Shown here: one piece after another, positions 9,199 to 17,300 of the stretch
Position numbering within the stretch: position 1 is the stretch's first letter
Layout of the letters: every line of letters begins with the position of its first letter
Source of the DNA: a bacterium
GTDB taxonomy: Bacteria; Hinthialibacterota; Hinthialibacteria; Hinthialibacterales; Hinthialibacteraceae
Direction of reading: 5' to 3'
Length of the DNA stretch: 64,000 nt
Assembly: GCA_963663405.2 (NCBI GenBank)
Contig: CAXXSM010000123.1
Span: forward strand, 830-64,829
Translations under genes and position numbers: made by a program
Notes under the pieces: generated by a model
Databases searched by the model: none
What the model saw: the letters and a program-made list of their open reading frames with translations, nothing else
Told to the model about the DNA's origin: nothing

Positions 9199-9933
9199 TT
9201 ACTTCCGTGCCTTCCGGAAGCGTTCTTTGTTTTCTTTGGTCATCTTCTCGGTCGCGTATTGGTAGATTTTGCGGGGGGCGGAGTCTTTCCATTTGAGGAG
9301 AAACGCTTCGACCGGTTCAGGTTGGAGTTTCCACGCTTCCCGAAGGAACCAGCCCAGGCCCTGTTGGACGAATTTCTCTTCATCCAACATGATAGGTTCA
9401 ATGAATTTTAGGAGCGGTTTGAAGTTTTTTTCCGTTTTTAGCAGGGCGAGCATGGAGACCGGAATCGCCCGCCGTTTCCATTTGGAGGGTGAATCGCGCC
9501 AGGGCGCCATCTCTTTCAGTTCAATGATTTTGTTATTAAAGATAGACGTGAGCAGATCGCCGCTGAGCACGTCCACATGAGCCCAATTGCGCGCCCCCGT
9601 CTCCAACCATGTTCCCAAGCGATGAAACGTATCGGGGGTAAATTGATCCTTAAACGGCCGCAGGAACATGACGGCGAACATGAATTCCTCATACTTCCCG
9701 CTTTGGATAAGAACATCACCTACCCGCAGGGAGCCATCCAATCCGAGTTCATCTTTGTATTGATCGATGACTACTTTCTCCTGTTCCCGCATCTGTTCCT
9801 TGCCAACCCCGTAGGCGTCGTAGCCTTCGGTAAAGAACTTTTCATACTTCTTGGCTTGCTTTTCATCCGCATGATCAGCGCAAAAAGCCCGGATTTCGTC
9901 TGCGATGGATTGGATTTTCTTTTTGGTAACCAT
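9199..9933 (-). CDS. DNA alkylation repair protein (AlkD-like HEAT-repeat family)
   Basis: 244-aa ORF. The pattern fits the DNA_alkylation family: KQAKKYEKFF...GYDAYGV, NWAHVDVLSGDLL, WRDSPSKWKRRAIPVSML. Confidence 0.7.
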   Translation of the reverse strand: MVTKKKIQSIADEIRAFCADHADEKQAKKYEKFFTEGYDAYGVGKEQMREQEKVVIDQYKDELGLDGSLRVGDVLIQSGKYEEFMFAVMFLRPFKDQFTPDTFHRLGTWLETGARNWAHVDVLSGDLLTSIFNNKIIELKEMAPWRDSPSKWKRRAIPVSMLALLKTEKNFKPLLKFIEPIMLDEEKFVQQGLGWFLREAWKLQPEPVEAFLLKWKDSAPRKIYQYATEKMTKENKERFRKARK

Positions 9934-9949
9934 TGGTATAACTTAATCC

Positions 9950-12886
9950 TCACTCCCCAGAACGTTTCTTGGCGCGCTTTTCTTCTATCAATTTCGTACG
10001 CGCTTCCAATGCGGCGGCTTCTTCATTGCGATTTAGTTTCCTCAGTAAACCAGCGTAGTTTTTTAGGGCAATGGCGGTGTCGGGATGGTCAGGTCCCAGT
10101 GCTTTCTCATAAATTCTCAAGGTATGTTTGTAGAGCGATTCCGATTCCTTGTATTTCTTTTGGTTAAAGTGCAGATAGGCTTGACAATGTAGAGTGATAC
10201 CAGTATCAGGATGGTCCGATCCGAGCGTTTTCTCTTTAATATCTAACGCCCGTTGGTAGAGCGGCTCCGCCTCCTCGTATCTCCCTTGGTAATTGTAAAG
10301 CAGCGCCAGGTTGTTCAGGCTCGTGGCGACATCGGGATGGTCCGGCCCCAGCGCTTTCTCCCTGATTACCAACGAGCGCTGGTAGAGCGGCTCCGCCTCC
10401 TCGTATCTCCCTTGGTTATCGTAAAGTACCGCCAGGTTGTTCAGGCTCTGTGCGACATCGGGATGGTCCGGCCCCAGCGCTTTCTCCCTGATTTCCAACG
10501 AGCGCTGGTAGAGCGGCTCCGCCTCCTCGTATCTCCCTTGGTTATCGTAAAGTAACGCCAGGTTGTTCAGGCTCGTGGCGACATAGGGATGGTCCGGCCC
10601 CAGCGTTTTCTCAACAATCGCAAACGAGCGCTGGTAGAGCGGCTCCGCCTCCTCGTATCTCCCTTGGGCACGATACAAATTCGCCAGGTTGTTCAGGCTC
10701 GTGGCGACATAGGGATGGTCCGGCCCCAGCGCTTTCTCATAAATATCTAACGCCCGCTGGTAGAGCGGCTCCGCCTCATCGTATCTCCCTTGGTTATCGT
10801 AAAGTAACGCCAGGTTGTTCAGGCTCGTGGCGACATAGGGATGGTCCGGCCCCAGCGCTTTCTCCCTGATTACCAACGAGCGCAGGTAGAGCGATTCCGC
10901 CTCCTCGTATCTCCCTTGGGCACGATAAAGTTCCGCCAGGTTGTTCAGGCTCGTGGCGACATCGGGATGGTCCGGCCCCAGCGTCTTCGCATCAATTTCC
11001 ATTACACGCAAGTAGAGCGGCTCCGCCTCCTCGTATCTCCCTTGGGCACGATAAAGTTCCGCCAGGTTGTTCCGGACTATGGCGACATCGGGATGGTCTG
11101 GTCCCAACGCTTTCTCATCAATAATTAACGCACGTTGATAGAGCGGCTTCGCCTCCTCGTAACGGGCGCGTTGCTTTAAATAAAAAGCCGTCTGGTTGAG
11201 GAGACGACCAGCTTCATCCGATTCTATAGTCCATTCATCGATCAGTGTGTAAGCCACTTGCGCGTGGGAGAGCAGGCGGTCACATTGATTCCAATTCTCA
11301 AATTCGATATAGGGAAAGGCTTCATTGACTGTATTCACAGCGCGTTTGGCCCATTGGCGCTGTTCATCTTTATTCAGGCTGTTCTTCAGCACTTCCTGGA
11401 CTAGGCGGTGGATGGAGCAGGTCTTTGAATTCATGTCTTTGGATATCAGTGAAAAGCGCGTAAGCGGTTCCAGCAAATCAGAGAGCGCCAATGGATCGTT
11501 TTCGATATTCGCAAGGGCTTTTGAAATGTTCGGTCCCATTTCCTCTCGGCCCTCAATAAACAATTCGAAAGGAATGTCATCTGGACTGACGAAGGCGCAG
11601 AACGAAAGTAAATCCGCGGACGCGGTGAATTTTTTTTTAATTTCGTTAAAATTAATCCTCCAAGTTGTGGCGACTGTCTTAGTATATTTTCCAGTATCCG
11701 GTTTCGATTTTTCCAACGTTATTAGATGTTCATTTTGATACGCTGTAAGATAATCCTTAAATAAGACCTCATTTTTAGAAATATAAGCGCCCGCCTGTTC
11801 TAACGCCAATGGAAGATACCCCAATTCCTCCGCGAGTCTTTTGGCTCTTTCCACCTCACTTGGCTCGTTTATTTCACGGTTAGTCCGCGTAAAAAGTAAA
11901 TCGACCGCTTCCATCTCCGGCATTTCTTCCATTTTATAACGCTTGGCAATATGCAGTTTGGCAAAGTTTGATTCACGGGATGTGATTAGAATAGAACCGT
12001 TTTCTCCGTGTGGGAGAAAAGATTCAAGCAATTCCGGTTTATCCGCATTGTCGAAGATCAAGAGCCAATTCTCGTGATCCTCCATCCAATTTATCACACC
12101 TTTCACAATGACCGATTGATCTTGCTGATCTTTTACTGGTAGATTCAAGAGAGTGGCGATCTCTCCAAAACTGGTGAGAATATCCGCCTTTTTTTCCGAC
12201 GCGATCCACAAGATATGCTCATATTCTTTTTTATACCTATAGGCGTACTCGACAGCGGTCTGTGTTTTCCCAATTCCCCCTAGGCCGTAAATCGCCTGTT
12301 GAGACAACGCTGCTGAGTGCTTTTCCTTCAGGGCCGCATGAAGGTCTTCTATGAGTGATTCTCGGCCGGTGAAGAATGGGTTGCGCTGGAATGGGATGTT
12401 ACATATGTGCTTAGGCTTAGATTTTTGGCGATCTGGAGTTCCCACTTCTTTTTTAATGGTATTTATGATTTTTTCAGCGACTTTCTCAATTCCATCGTTA
12501 GTATTCACCGCCAAACGATCTGCGAGGATTGGATATTCTTTTAAGAGTTCTGCCTTTTTTAGGTTATGCCACACTGGAAGGATTACTTTTTGACCGCCTT
12601 CTTCTCGCGCAAAAAGCCCATTTAATTCCTGTACTGTCCAATGTTTCGGGGGATAATTCGGACTTAGAATTACTACACCGAAACGGCTGTTTGCTAGACC
12701 TTCTTCGATCTTTTGATGCAAACTGTCTCCGAGTGTTAATTCAAAATTATCAAACCACACTCGCAGGCCCGCTTCACTCAGTAGATCATAGAGCGGAATA
12801 GCGACCGCATCCTTATCCTCGCTCGCATGGCTTATGAAGACGTCCCATTCTTTCACGAATACGTACCTCGGGTTGATGGTATCCAA
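9950..12886 (-). CDS. TIR / NB-ARC (STAND P-loop NTPase) / TPR-repeat protein
   Basis: TIR-like DVFISHASEDKD...RVWFD...VVILSPNY...HWTVQELNGL. P-loop GLGGIGKTQTA, then LLIFDNAD, ILITSR and GYLPLALEQAG. About ten 42-aa TPR units follow (LNNLAxLYxxQGRYEEAEPLYQRxL.I.EKxLGPDHPxVA). The start is ambiguous: TTG at 12886, or GTG at 12856 preceded by GAGGT. Confidence 0.9.
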   Translation of the reverse strand: MDTINPRYVFVKEWDVFISHASEDKDAVAIPLYDLLSEAGLRVWFDNFELTLGDSLHQKIEEGLANSRFGVVILSPNYPPKHWTVQELNGLFAREEGGQKVILPVWHNLKKAELLKEYPILADRLAVNTNDGIEKVAEKIINTIKKEVGTPDRQKSKPKHICNIPFQRNPFFTGRESLIEDLHAALKEKHSAALSQQAIYGLGGIGKTQTAVEYAYRYKKEYEHILWIASEKKADILTSFGEIATLLNLPVKDQQDQSVIVKGVINWMEDHENWLLIFDNADKPELLESFLPHGENGSILITSRESNFAKLHIAKRYKMEEMPEMEAVDLLFTRTNREINEPSEVERAKRLAEELGYLPLALEQAGAYISKNEVLFKDYLTAYQNEHLITLEKSKPDTGKYTKTVATTWRINFNEIKKKFTASADLLSFCAFVSPDDIPFELFIEGREEMGPNISKALANIENDPLALSDLLEPLTRFSLISKDMNSKTCSIHRLVQEVLKNSLNKDEQRQWAKRAVNTVNEAFPYIEFENWNQCDRLLSHAQVAYTLIDEWTIESDEAGRLLNQTAFYLKQRARYEEAKPLYQRALIIDEKALGPDHPDVAIVRNNLAELYRAQGRYEEAEPLYLRVMEIDAKTLGPDHPDVATSLNNLAELYRAQGRYEEAESLYLRSLVIREKALGPDHPYVATSLNNLALLYDNQGRYDEAEPLYQRALDIYEKALGPDHPYVATSLNNLANLYRAQGRYEEAEPLYQRSFAIVEKTLGPDHPYVATSLNNLALLYDNQGRYEEAEPLYQRSLEIREKALGPDHPDVAQSLNNLAVLYDNQGRYEEAEPLYQRSLVIREKALGPDHPDVATSLNNLALLYNYQGRYEEAEPLYQRALDIKEKTLGSDHPDTGITLHCQAYLHFNQKKYKESESLYKHTLRIYEKALGPDHPDTAIALKNYAGLLRKLNRNEEAAALEARTKLIEEKRAKKRSGE
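10200..11170. repeat. Tandem near-identical 126-bp DNA repeats encoding the TPR units (approximate bounds)
   Basis: The strings gctggtagagcggctccgcctcctcgtatctcccttgg and ccaggttgttcaggctcgtggcgacat.gggatggtccggccccagcg recur with a 126-nt period. The antisense ORFs at 10253..10555 and 10841..11128 show the same 42-aa periodicity. Confidence 0.85.
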
Positions 12887-13032
12887 CGTATAATGTGATG
12901 ATTTTTTGATCGTATCACATCATTGTGGAAAAGCCTACGGCGCCAATGCAAAAAACAGCATTGTTTGGAATTAGAGATACTTTTTTCGGATATGTGAATT
13001 TTGAATGTTGTGAGAGGGAATTAAGAAGAAAA

Positions 13033-13107
13033 TGGAGCAGGAGACGGGATTTGAACCCGCGACCTTCTCGTTGGCAACGAGAAGCTCTACCACTGAGCTA
13101 CTCCTGC
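13033..13107 (-). tRNA. tRNA-Gly (anticodon GCC)
   Basis: The reverse complement reads GCAGGAGTAGCTCAGTGGTAGAGCTTCTCGTTGCCAACGAGAAGGTCGCGGGTTCAAATCCCGTCTCCTGCTCCA. It folds as a cloverleaf with the anticodon loop TTGCCAA, a GTTCAAATC T-loop and an encoded CCA. Confidence 0.9.
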
Positions 13108-13214
13108 TTTTTTCGGATTGCTGTCAACCGATTTTAAAATCATAGAGCTTTCCTATTTCCATGTCAAGGCGCCATTGCGGGAGATAACGGAAAAATTAGG
13201 AAACGTTTAAGATT

Positions 13215-13331
13215 GTGTGTTTCTGATTTTTCATATAAACTATCCTGATTTGAGATCACAACCTGCAAATGAAAATGAGTCGCGGATGAGTTTGCGAATG
13301 AGAGAGTTCTGGAGACTCATTTTCATATAAA
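13215..13331 (+). repeat. Structured intergenic repeat, copy A: a 3' remnant of one unit plus one full unit
   Basis: The remnant ...GTTTCTGATTTTTCATATAAAC is followed by TATCCTGATTTGAGATCACAACCTGCAAATGAAAATGAGT, a 34-nt insert, then ACTCATTTTCATATAAA. It has the same architecture as the copies at 18222-18403 and 49989-50079. It ends about 40 nt before the pseudopilin start. Confidence 0.7.
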
Positions 13332-13370
13332 TTGAGCTGTTTTAAATACTTTAATTGAATGTAAGGGGAG

Positions 13371-14054
13371 ATGATGAAGAGAATGAGATCGGGTTTTACA
13401 CTAATCGAATTATTGATCGTTGTCGCCATTATTGGAATTTTGGCCGCCATCGCCGTTCCTAACTTTTTGAACGCGCAGATGCGGGCGAAACAGGCGCGGG
13501 CGCTGGCGGATATGCGGGCAGTGTCGACCGCGATCCAAGAGCTTCGCCTGGATCGCGGTGTGTTATTGATCGATTATTGGGACGATGACACAACGGAAGG
13601 ACAGAAGAGGCTGGCGGAGGTTTTTAATGGCGTCGGTGGAGTGGCGGATGTTCGTGGAGGCACGGCGGGACTCTTTGCGCCTTTGACCACTCCGGTGGCG
13701 TATATGTCTTCAATCCCCGTCGATCCATTTTTTGGACCGCATTTGGGGGATGACGCTCAGAGTAATCTGATCGCTGCGGATATTATTCCCCCGTACGCTT
13801 ATATGTACGCGGACGAGGATCCCGGCATTCCCGGTTTGGATTATGGGCTCTATTTCTTTGCGCCCGGCAATGCGCTGGCGCAAAAGGTTGGTGTCGAACC
13901 TTTGCGGAACGGCGGTTTTGTCCTAATCGGCGCCGGACCGGACGCGCGGCGGGGCACGTATAATGAACCGAGCGCCAACGATTATCCGATGGGCTTTCCC
14001 TATAATTCCAGCAATGGATTGTCGAGTTTCGGCGATGTGGTGATTCGCAATTGA
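13371..14054 (+). CDS. Prepilin-type N-terminal cleavage/methylation protein (GspG-like pseudopilin), paralogue 1
   Basis: GFTLIELLIVVAIIGILAAIAVPNFLNAQMRAK. Family motifs are LTTPVAYMSSIPVDPFF and a C-terminal YNSSNGLSSFGDV. Confidence 0.85.
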   Translation: MMKRMRSGFTLIELLIVVAIIGILAAIAVPNFLNAQMRAKQARALADMRAVSTAIQELRLDRGVLLIDYWDDDTTEGQKRLAEVFNGVGGVADVRGGTAGLFAPLTTPVAYMSSIPVDPFFGPHLGDDAQSNLIAADIIPPYAYMYADEDPGIPGLDYGLYFFAPGNALAQKVGVEPLRNGGFVLIGAGPDARRGTYNEPSANDYPMGFPYNSSNGLSSFGDVVIRN

Positions 14055-14125
14055 TTGCGTCAGCCATCTTGATGAAATCGATTTAGGAAGTACAATATTT
14101 TTCTGTTTTGACACGAGTAATCTGT

Positions 14126-14202
14126 CGGGGCGTAGCGCAGCCTGGTAGCGCGCCTGCTTCGGGAGTAGGAAGTCGTTGGTTCGAATCCAATCGCCCCGAC
14201 CA
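14126..14202 (+). tRNA. tRNA-Pro (anticodon CGG)
   Basis: CGGGGCGTAGCGCAGCCTGGTAGCGCGCCTGCTTCGGGAGTAGGAAGTCGTTGGTTCGAATCCAATCGCCCCGACCA. The acceptor stem is CGGGGCG/CGCCCCG, the anticodon loop is TTCGGGA, and there is a GTTCGAATC T-loop and an encoded CCA. Confidence 0.9.
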
Positions 14203-14216
14203 TTGATAGAACACTT

Positions 14217-14246
14217 AAAAAATCCTGAATCTTCAGGATTTTTTTA
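14217..14246 (+). terminator. Rho-independent terminator after tRNA-Pro
   Basis: The hairpin AAAAAATCCTGAA-TCT-TCAGGATTTTTTT is followed by a T run. Confidence 0.65.
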
Positions 14247-14518
14247 TATCTCCACCCCGAAGATTTATCTTACTGTACCATCGAGAAAACCTTATTTCAA
14301 TGCGCTTATTCTCTGAGAGAAATGTGTGAATGTGGATGAATTTTTTTTTATTCTTGACAAAGTTCTAAAATTATCTTTATATTAATTACTCATCAATACT
14401 TTGCGTGGATATTTGAGTTTACGTAAACTATTGGTTTTATTAGGGGGCTATGACGTAGAGCTGTTTTAATTTCCAAATATAAAAAACGATTGTAGTACCA
14501 TTCTTATATGCTGGAGGT

Positions 14519-15592
14519 TTGTGCAATATGAAGAAAGTATTTTTGATTGGTTTGTGCGCATTATGCTTTTTCCCCATGATGGGGAATTGCCAAGACGAAC
14601 CGATGGACGGACTCAAGATTTGGACCACATCTTGGGATAATTACTCGGGCGATACGGGATACGACATCTTAGAATGGACGTATAACGCCTCGGAAGTGTA
14701 TTGGACCTATGAATATCAATACCTTCAACCTCCGGAAGTCTCCGATGAGAGTTATTCGGGAAATATCTATGACATGGGCATGGATATGATCTATCTGAAC
14801 GGTCAGGAGCGATTCAGCGCGATCTTGACTGTTTCCATGGGGGCGAGTCACTTCCCCAGCGAAGGCACCGAATTCCAGCACCGCATGCTTTCGGAAGCGG
14901 GGGAATGGGAACTCGTTCAAGATCCTCTGTTTACGACACCGGCGGATGTCAGCCCATTGGGTGTAGATATTTACTATGATGGTTCGGAACTTCACATCGC
15001 TTGGGTAGAGGATAACGACGCGGCGGGCCCAAACAGTATGATGTGTGATGTAAAAGATCAGGTTTTTTCAGTCAGTGATGAAGGAATTCTAACTCCTGTG
15101 GGTGAGCCGGTTGTGGTCTTTTCCCGCGAGTTGGATTGGAGTGGGGAATATCCGAATAACGGTGGTCTAACCGGATTGACATCTTGTGATTACGACGCGG
15201 ATGGGGACATCGATCTCATCATTGGTGAAATGTACTATGGATCGAGTCCTTCCAACACAGCGCTTCTTTTGATTGAACGGCTTTCCGCTGATGAATGGTC
15301 AGATACATTGCAGGAACTTTGGGCGGCGGCGCCGGGAAAAGGTTCCGAAGGTGTCTGCTATTGTGATATTGATGGAGACGAAAATCTCGACTTGATTAAT
15401 ACCACTGGTTGGACCGGTCCCTGGAACTCGATTTTCTGGTTTGAGAAAATCGGCGATACACTGGAACAGAGATATGCTATTCTTGAAACTTCAGTCGAAG
15501 GGGAAGGGATGGATTTTTTACCGGGTCATATTTTTGGACTCCACGCCCAAGGACCTGTAATTACAGGTATTACAGATTGGTCACTGTTCTAA
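14519..15592 (+). CDS. Secreted FG-GAP/VCBS-repeat protein
   Basis: Signal peptide MKKVFLIGLCALCFFPMMGNCQ. Ca-binding FG-GAP-type loops are CDYDADGDIDLIIG and CDIDGDENLDLIN. Confidence 0.7.
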   Translation: MCNMKKVFLIGLCALCFFPMMGNCQDEPMDGLKIWTTSWDNYSGDTGYDILEWTYNASEVYWTYEYQYLQPPEVSDESYSGNIYDMGMDMIYLNGQERFSAILTVSMGASHFPSEGTEFQHRMLSEAGEWELVQDPLFTTPADVSPLGVDIYYDGSELHIAWVEDNDAAGPNSMMCDVKDQVFSVSDEGILTPVGEPVVVFSRELDWSGEYPNNGGLTGLTSCDYDADGDIDLIIGEMYYGSSPSNTALLLIERLSADEWSDTLQELWAAAPGKGSEGVCYCDIDGDENLDLINTTGWTGPWNSIFWFEKIGDTLEQRYAILETSVEGEGMDFLPGHIFGLHAQGPVITGITDWSLF

Positions 15593-15928
15593 TTTGCTAA
15601 CACATTGCAGTATGATTAGTTTGTTGAGTCTGGTTTGTTACTAGATAACTAATATATCGTAAGGATTGTTCTTCGTTCAGCTTTCTATCCCGTTTCTTTC
15701 CTAAATTACCCTAAAAAAAACTCTAGTCCTCCCAACTCCCTGATCTTATTGTATAGTATTCAGCATTAAAGATTCGGACTTTTTATCTATAATTATAATA
15801 TGGATTGATTCTCTTTATGATTAGATTCTTTCAAGGTCAATATGCAAATTTATCTCTCAGAATTTCTCCGCGCCTTGAAAGAATTTGTAGAAACTAAATT
15901 CAAATATATTTGGCTAGGAGTTTTATGA

Positions 15929-17197
15929 ATGACGGATAGAAAATCGGCTCATGATCCTTCTTCATTTGAATATCCCAAAATACGCATGGTTGAAACATAT
16001 CCGATCGAACAAAATGGCCAGCAATCGGTTTGTTTGCGGGATCCACTCCATATCGCTCCGAACATGCTGGCGCTGCCGATTCCTGTTTTTTTTATTGCCT
16101 CTTTATTTGATGGGAATCATTCGTTGCGTAACATTCAAGAAGAGTGTAAGCTGCAGTTAAAACAATTGATCCCAATCTCGAAGATTGAAGAGATTGTCCG
16201 GCAACTGGACGCGGAGCTGTATCTTGAATCCGAGACGTTCCGGTTGGCGGTTAAAAAGATCGAACAGGCGTATCATGACGCGCCGTTTCGAGCTCCCTCT
16301 CACGCGGGGACGGCGTATCATGAGGACGCTGGCGCTTTGAATCAGGAATTAAGCGGTTATTTTGAAGCCATCCAGGAGGACACATTAGAGGAATCACTTC
16401 CGGAGAATGGTCATGTGTCTGTTCTTGTCGCGCCTCATATCGATCTGCGGCGGGGAGGCCCCTGTTTCGCTTATGCCTATAGGGAAATCGCCAAACGGCC
16501 GCCTGCGGATCTGTACATCGTTCTGGGTACAGGGCATCAAATGCGGAAAGGATTGATTTCCCTTACACGTAAATCGTATGATTCCCCCTTAGGGCCGATC
16601 GAAACGGATACAGAATTTGTGGAACGATTGAGTGGAAAGATCCCTGTTGATGGTTTCGAAGAAGAACTCCTGCACCGGGACGAGCATTCGATCGAGTTTC
16701 AGGTATTATTTCTTCGCTATATTTTAGGAGATCAATGGAAGGGAAAAATGGTTCCCATACTGACGGGATCATTGCATACCTGCATACAGGATGGTATGTC
16801 TCCCCGAAGCGATCGCTTTTGGGCGGAGACGCTTGACGCGCTGCGCGAATCGATCGAAGCATATCCAGGAATGGTTACAGTCATCGCAGGGGCGGATATG
16901 AGCCATGTTGGGCAGCGATTCGGGCATCCACGTGGAATTCCCCCAACAGAATTAGAACGAGTGGAGCGAGAGGATCAAGATACGCTGAACGCGATGATCA
17001 GTGGGAACGCGGAAACCTTTTTCCGCAGTGTGGAAGCGGTGAAAGATAAGAATAATATCTGTGGTTTGGCGCCGATCTATATGGCGTTGGATGTGATGCG
17101 TCCTTCACCGGGATACGTTCTCCAATATGACCGGGTGATTGAGAAGGAAACCGAATCGGTGGTTTCTTTCGCCAGTGTCTCATTTTATAAAGAATAA
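15929..17197 (+). CDS. MEMO1 family / AmmeMemoRadiSam system protein B-like, with an N-terminal extension of about 130 aa
   Basis: Memo-type motifs are PSHAGTAYHED, VAPHIDLRRGG, HSIEFQ and GADMSHVG. The N-terminal extension (VCLRDPL...LALPIPVFFIASLFDGNHSLRNIQEEC...IEEIVRQLDAELYLES) looks like PqqD/RRE. Confidence 0.75.
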   Translation: MTDRKSAHDPSSFEYPKIRMVETYPIEQNGQQSVCLRDPLHIAPNMLALPIPVFFIASLFDGNHSLRNIQEECKLQLKQLIPISKIEEIVRQLDAELYLESETFRLAVKKIEQAYHDAPFRAPSHAGTAYHEDAGALNQELSGYFEAIQEDTLEESLPENGHVSVLVAPHIDLRRGGPCFAYAYREIAKRPPADLYIVLGTGHQMRKGLISLTRKSYDSPLGPIETDTEFVERLSGKIPVDGFEEELLHRDEHSIEFQVLFLRYILGDQWKGKMVPILTGSLHTCIQDGMSPRSDRFWAETLDALRESIEAYPGMVTVIAGADMSHVGQRFGHPRGIPPTELERVEREDQDTLNAMISGNAETFFRSVEAVKDKNNICGLAPIYMALDVMRPSPGYVLQYDRVIEKETESVVSFASVSFYKE

Positions 17198-17300
17198 TCG
17201 GATTATTCCACCATAGTTGAACCTGTGACCGAATACCGCCAATCCGTATCTGCTATGATGGTAATACGCCTGATGTTAACGTTTCAATAGTTGGTTTGAT

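Noticed and set aside
9577-10167. 196-aa plus-strand ORF
   Set aside because: It runs antisense across the AlkD-like gene and into the 3' end of the TIR-STAND gene. It bridges two supported genes, so it is most likely spurious.
10253-11128. Plus-strand ORFs 10253..10555 and 10841..11128 with periodic sequence
   Set aside because: They are antisense shadows of the TPR repeats in the 978-aa minus-strand gene. Their 42-aa periodicity simply mirrors the sense repeats.
9199-13107. Genomic island integrated at tRNA-Gly and carrying the TIR-STAND gene
   Set aside because: No integrase, excisionase or direct repeat of the tRNA 3' end could be found by eye to the left of the gene. The adjacency alone is not enough evidence.
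12925-13137. 70-aa ORF
   Set aside because: It reads straight through the tRNA-Gly gene on the opposite strand, and the tRNA cloverleaf is unambiguous.
13215-13331. MITE or IS-end interpretation of the structured repeat
   Set aside because: The inverted repeats are internal (a hairpin stem) rather than terminal. The 5' arm (CATGATTGAGATCACAACC) has no inverted partner at the 3' end. I see no target-site duplications and no transposase. This interpretation is not excluded, but it is unsupported.
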